From the IMG/VR virus record IMGVR_UViG_3300025682_000004: DNA of 64,000 nucleotides, one strand, 5' to 3'. How positions within the stretch are numbered: the stretch's first letter is position 1; every line of letters begins with the position of its first letter. The position numbers were made by a program, and so were the translations under genes. The stretch comes from a virus (taxonomy: Duplodnaviria > Heunggongvirae > Uroviricota > Caudoviricetes). The notes under the pieces were generated by a model that was not told the DNA's origin, did no database searches, and saw only the letters and a list, made by a program, of their open reading frames with translations. This document shows, one piece after another, positions 60,824-64,000 of this stretch.

Positions 60824-61948
60824 TTACAAGTCAAATGGTTTCATTTTTCTTGCTTTTCTTTTCAATTCATTTAATTCTCTTAATGCATTTGGATTAAAAC
60901 TTTCTCTTTTAACAATACTCACCATATGATTAAATTCACTTTCAGATATTACTTGACCAACATATCCTTCGCTTTTTAAAACATAACTTTTTGGTGATGT
61001 TGATGATGTTGGTTGCCCATCAGTATCTAATGTAGCAGTAAATTCAATATCTAACAATTCTTGAATTTTTTCATGTACATTTAAAGTAATTGTTTCTTTA
61101 GTTTTTTTCAAAACCTTTTCAAGTAATTCAACAACATTACCATTATGATTAGTTTTCATATTTTGATATGTTGTATAGAAATCAATCTTTGATGTTTTCT
61201 TTTTCAATTCTGAAATAATAGCCAAAGAACCGTAACAATCACGAATCATTAAATTCCATACCTGTTCTGCATACGTAAATGATGGAAATTTATCAATAGC
61301 AACAATTTCACCATCAATAAGTACAATAACGCCAATTAAATTTTTTGGTCTTTCAAAATGAGCAATAAACTGTTCAAGTTTTTTATCGTACTTATCAAAA
61401 TACTTATCAAGATAATTACCCGTATTTGAATTAGTATCATTACCCAATTTATTAATTGCAGGATAAATTCTTGGATATCCACCACTTTTACCAATACTAT
61501 CAAATAACATTTCACGCATTGTTACAGGAATCATTCTAAATTCAGAAGTATTTTTAAAATGTCCACCTTGACTACCTTGAACACAACCAGCATCATGATA
61601 AGTAGTATTTCCATAAGATTCAACATAACCCGCTTTAATCATACCATGATTTTGAGCAACTTGTTTGGTCATAACAGCCATTTGTGTTGGTATAATAATT
61701 TCTTTATCATTACTATTCACAAAACTCATTTGACCATAACTTGAATTACTTGATTTGATTGATGTTAAAGGATTTCCAAATCGATTATCTAATGAATATT
61801 CATTATCCGTTGTTAAACAAACAATTTGCATATTCATAATAGATTGAACGATGATATTACCATCCATATCTTTTAATGGACGACAACCCTTTAATAATTC
61901 TGAAAATTCTCTTGTATTCATAGTATAATTTTTTTTAGTTATTAACAT
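60824..61948 (-). CDS. ARPP-1/DUF6569-like protein (assignment from memory); likely start MNTREF
   Basis: KQVAQNHGM, AGCVQ..QGG, HFERPKNLIGVIVLIDGEIVAIDKFPS pattern; adjacent to a vWA gene. Confidence 0.55.
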   Translation of the reverse strand: MLITKKNYTMNTREFSELLKGCRPLKDMDGNIIVQSIMNMQIVCLTTDNEYSLDNRFGNPLTSIKSSNSSYGQMSFVNSNDKEIIIPTQMAVMTKQVAQNHGMIKAGYVESYGNTTYHDAGCVQGSQGGHFKNTSEFRMIPVTMREMLFDSIGKSGGYPRIYPAINKLGNDTNSNTGNYLDKYFDKYDKKLEQFIAHFERPKNLIGVIVLIDGEIVAIDKFPSFTYAEQVWNLMIRDCYGSLAIISELKKKTSKIDFYTTYQNMKTNHNGNVVELLEKVLKKTKETITLNVHEKIQELLDIEFTATLDTDGQPTSSTSPKSYVLKSEGYVGQVISESEFNHMVSIVKRESFNPNALRELNELKRKARKMKPFDL

Positions 61949-63188
61949 TAATTTTATTAATACGACTTAAATTAGATTCTTCAAGCATAAGAACTTGATT
62001 TTCCAACCAACGCTTAGTGTCAATTTCAAGTAATCTTGCTGAAATTTGTGGTTGAATTGCAATTGGGTTATTAACTGCCATTGTAATAACATTATCACCA
62101 ATTTTTCTAACATTAGAATCCATTTCAGCACTTGTTATTGGGGAAATTTGAAATATTGGAATATCAATACCTGTTTCAATTTTCCAAACATCAATAATTT
62201 CATTCAATAACCCATCATAAATATTTTCATATCCATCGGTTAATATAAAAATAGCATCATATTGTAAATTAGATGTTTCATTCTTTTTTAATAGTTCAAT
62301 AAATGAACTACCCAAATCAGTAAAAATATCCTTAGTTTTTACAACAACATGATTTGTTACTGATTTTGACAATACTTTAGCAGTAAAATCAACAATTGCT
62401 CTTGGAGTATTTTTTGATTCAATTTTATTACCTGTCATTGAAATACTATCATCTTGAATAATACCAATATTTGTGTAATAAAAATCCTTTATTTTTCTTT
62501 TATTAGCAAGATTATCAATTGCATTTGTTAATTCTAAACTAAAACCATTTTCATATCCTGTTTTATATAATGCAAGAAAATCAGTTGCCTTATTTAAATC
62601 AACAGTTTTATCTACACCCAATTTAACATTAGATTTTGTTTGACGAACTTGTTGATTAATTGATGTAACTTCCACATTTTTACGAATTAACGCTTTAGTA
62701 GATTCTCTTTGTTCTTTATTAGACCATAAAACATGATATTGTGGATGTTTAATATCAGAAATCAAACCAATTAATACTTCTTCTGGTATTTTCTTTATAT
62801 CACTAATATCAATTTTTGCTTTTTGATATTCACTAATTAATGGAAAATCATTAACATCACTATACAAATCAACATCTTGTTTTTTCTTGAAAATAAAAAA
62901 CAATAATTTTATGGCTTTAATCAAATCACCATTATAATACTTTAAAACTAAACTATTTAAAATACCATGTTCTTTTGGTGTTAGTATAATTTGATTATTA
63001 TCAGTTAAAAGTAGTTTATTTCCAATTGATAATAAAATAGATATCATTTTTTCACCATATACATGTTTAAAAATTTTAGCAATTTTATTACGATATTTTA
63101 AACAATAAAATTCAAGATTTTCCTGCCCCCAAATAAAACCTAAAACAAATTTTCTTGACCTTTCATTATTAATTTTATTAATTTTCAA
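61935..63188 (-). CDS. vWA (MIDAS) domain protein, TROVE-like architecture, apparently lacking its N-terminus
   Basis: DDSISM (DxSxS), TDLG, FILTDGYEN. The track start is TTG with an in-frame TAA 16 codons upstream. Confidence 0.7.
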   Translation of the reverse strand: MKINKINNERSRKFVLGFIWGQENLEFYCLKYRNKIAKIFKHVYGEKMISILLSIGNKLLLTDNNQIILTPKEHGILNSLVLKYYNGDLIKAIKLLFFIFKKKQDVDLYSDVNDFPLISEYQKAKIDISDIKKIPEEVLIGLISDIKHPQYHVLWSNKEQRESTKALIRKNVEVTSINQQVRQTKSNVKLGVDKTVDLNKATDFLALYKTGYENGFSLELTNAIDNLANKRKIKDFYYTNIGIIQDDSISMTGNKIESKNTPRAIVDFTAKVLSKSVTNHVVVKTKDIFTDLGSSFIELLKKNETSNLQYDAIFILTDGYENIYDGLLNEIIDVWKIETGIDIPIFQISPITSAEMDSNVRKIGDNVITMAVNNPIAIQPQISARLLEIDTKRWLENQVLMLEESNLSRINKINVNN

Positions 63189-63259
63189 ATCTTGAAATAA
63201 TCTAAAGACATATGTTATGTGTAAGTGTTCCGTTTATCCTTCTAATCAACATTTCGGTT

Positions 63260-63860
63260 AAAAATTTTAAAAGAAAAACCCACCCACTTTTATAAATTCA
63301 TAAATTCGATAGTTTTTATTCTTCCATCATAATCCACCTCTATTTCACCATCTTTAAGTTTATCCCATATATTATTTACATACATAGAATTTCGTGTTAA
63401 ACCAGCAAATAGTTTTTTATAACCATCTTTTTTAAGTTCAGATATTAGTTTTTTATATAAAATTTTAGCAAATCCTTGATTTCTAAATCTTTCATCAACT
63501 GATATATTACCAACATTAGGTTGTCCATCTCTTTGTTCTTCAAATGATATAATTTCACTTCTATATGAAAGTTCAATAGTTCCTATTAATGTTTTATATG
63601 GTGTTGTATAAACATCAATACCCCACAATTTACCATCCTTTCCTCTAACAATCTTAAATTCTAAATCATTTTCATTCTCATATTTGTGGTATGATGATTT
63701 ATGATATGGTTCTAAATGATAACCATCTAAATTGTTTTCATTCAAAAATTCTCGTATAGTGGTTTTAATAAATTTTCTCAAATCTTTCATATATTTATTT
63801 TCTTTATATATAAATATTTTAAATTAAATTTCCCACCCTTCTTTTTCTTTTAAAATTTTT
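63260..63860. repeat. Inner perfect 19-bp inverted repeat 63260-63278 / 63842-63860, each arm next to CCCACCC
   Basis: AAAAATTTTAAAAGAAAAA and TTTTTCTTTTAAAATTTTT; CCCACCC at 63279-63285 and 63832-63838. Confidence 0.9.
63290..63790 (-). CDS. GNAT-family acetyltransferase
   Basis: Acetyl-CoA motif A VGNISVDERFRNQGFAKILYKKLI; N-terminal leader MKDLRKFIKTTIREFLNE. Confidence 0.85.
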   Translation of the reverse strand: MKDLRKFIKTTIREFLNENNLDGYHLEPYHKSSYHKYENENDLEFKIVRGKDGKLWGIDVYTTPYKTLIGTIELSYRSEIISFEEQRDGQPNVGNISVDERFRNQGFAKILYKKLISELKKDGYKKLFAGLTRNSMYVNNIWDKLKDGEIEVDYDGRIKTIEFMNL

Positions 63861-64000
63861 GTTCAATTCTCCGATTAATCATTCTACCTTAATAATCCAC
63901 ACCTACACATAACAAGGTGTATATGTAATGTGAGGTTCTGTGATATATTCATGTTTCCACTTCTAATCAAGTTCATTGGTTAAGTGAGGTTTAGTGTTTC

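Larger units (their letters stand above)
63213..63914. repeat. Outer inverted repeat pair 63213-63228 / 63899-63914 (15/16 match; fully paired in minus-strand RNA via G-U)
   Basis: TGTTATGTGTAAGTGT versus the reverse complement of ACACCTACACATAACA. Confidence 0.9.

Noticed and set aside
6354-61744. Numerous short plus-strand ORFs (60-127 aa) and alternate-frame minus-strand ORFs in the track
   Set aside because: They lie antisense to or inside long, motif-bearing genes and have low-complexity F/I/L/Y/H-rich shadow translations; none has a recognisable domain.
1-64000. Stop-codon reassignment (TAG/TGA), as seen in some large phages
   Set aside because: Long intact ORFs and high coding density are obtained with the standard code; the one split gene examined (11425/11408) is broken by TAA and a frame change.
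1-64000. CRISPR array, tRNA or rRNA genes
   Set aside because: No regularly spaced identical repeats and no cloverleaf with T-loop/D-loop consensus were noticed by eye; intergenic spaces are mostly too short. A tRNAscan-SE run would be needed to exclude them formally.
63229-64000. Canonical group I or group II intron call for the right-end element
   Set aside because: No recognisable P7 (R/S) elements or domain V catalytic hairpin are visible in the window, so it is reported as an unclassified element.

Overview
This is a very AT-rich, gene-dense segment of a large (jumbo/huge) contractile-tailed phage genome in the standard genetic code. Nearly all genes are on the minus strand; a small heat-shock gene is the only credible plus-strand CDS. 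The host is probably Bacteroidota, inferred from TAnnTTTG promoter elements and SD-less A-rich leaders. From left to right it holds: an amidase-like gene (partial); a fused Mre11-Rad50 (SbcD-SbcC); Hsp20; an ECF sigma factor; primase; a metallophosphoesterase; a GIY-YIG-like nuclease; a RuvC-like resolvase; and a baseplate/tail block (FN3 proteins, gp6-like, gp25-like). Next come a glycosyltransferase carrying a mini-intein and a 12 kb block of conflict and RNA-repair-type domains (ParB-like, HAD, 2H, ArdC-like, CCA-adding enzyme fused to a 2H domain, a triple-kinase protein, WYL-like, Nudix). The rest holds family B DNA polymerase, an SNF2 helicase with an Ala1 class-3-type intein, a cluster of cysteine-rich mosaic tail-fibre-like genes with a GT9-like enzyme, and an ARPP-1-like plus vWA pair. 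The most unusual signals are: (i) nested inverted repeats plus paired GGGTGGG tracts bracketing a GNAT gene at the right end, abutting a vWA gene that lacks a proper start; (ii) recurrent [IL]-x-E motifs at termini and domain junctions of the conflict-domain proteins, suggesting protease-processed virion cargo; (iii) systematic Cys enrichment of virion proteins. All family assignments come from motif recognition only; no database search was run.
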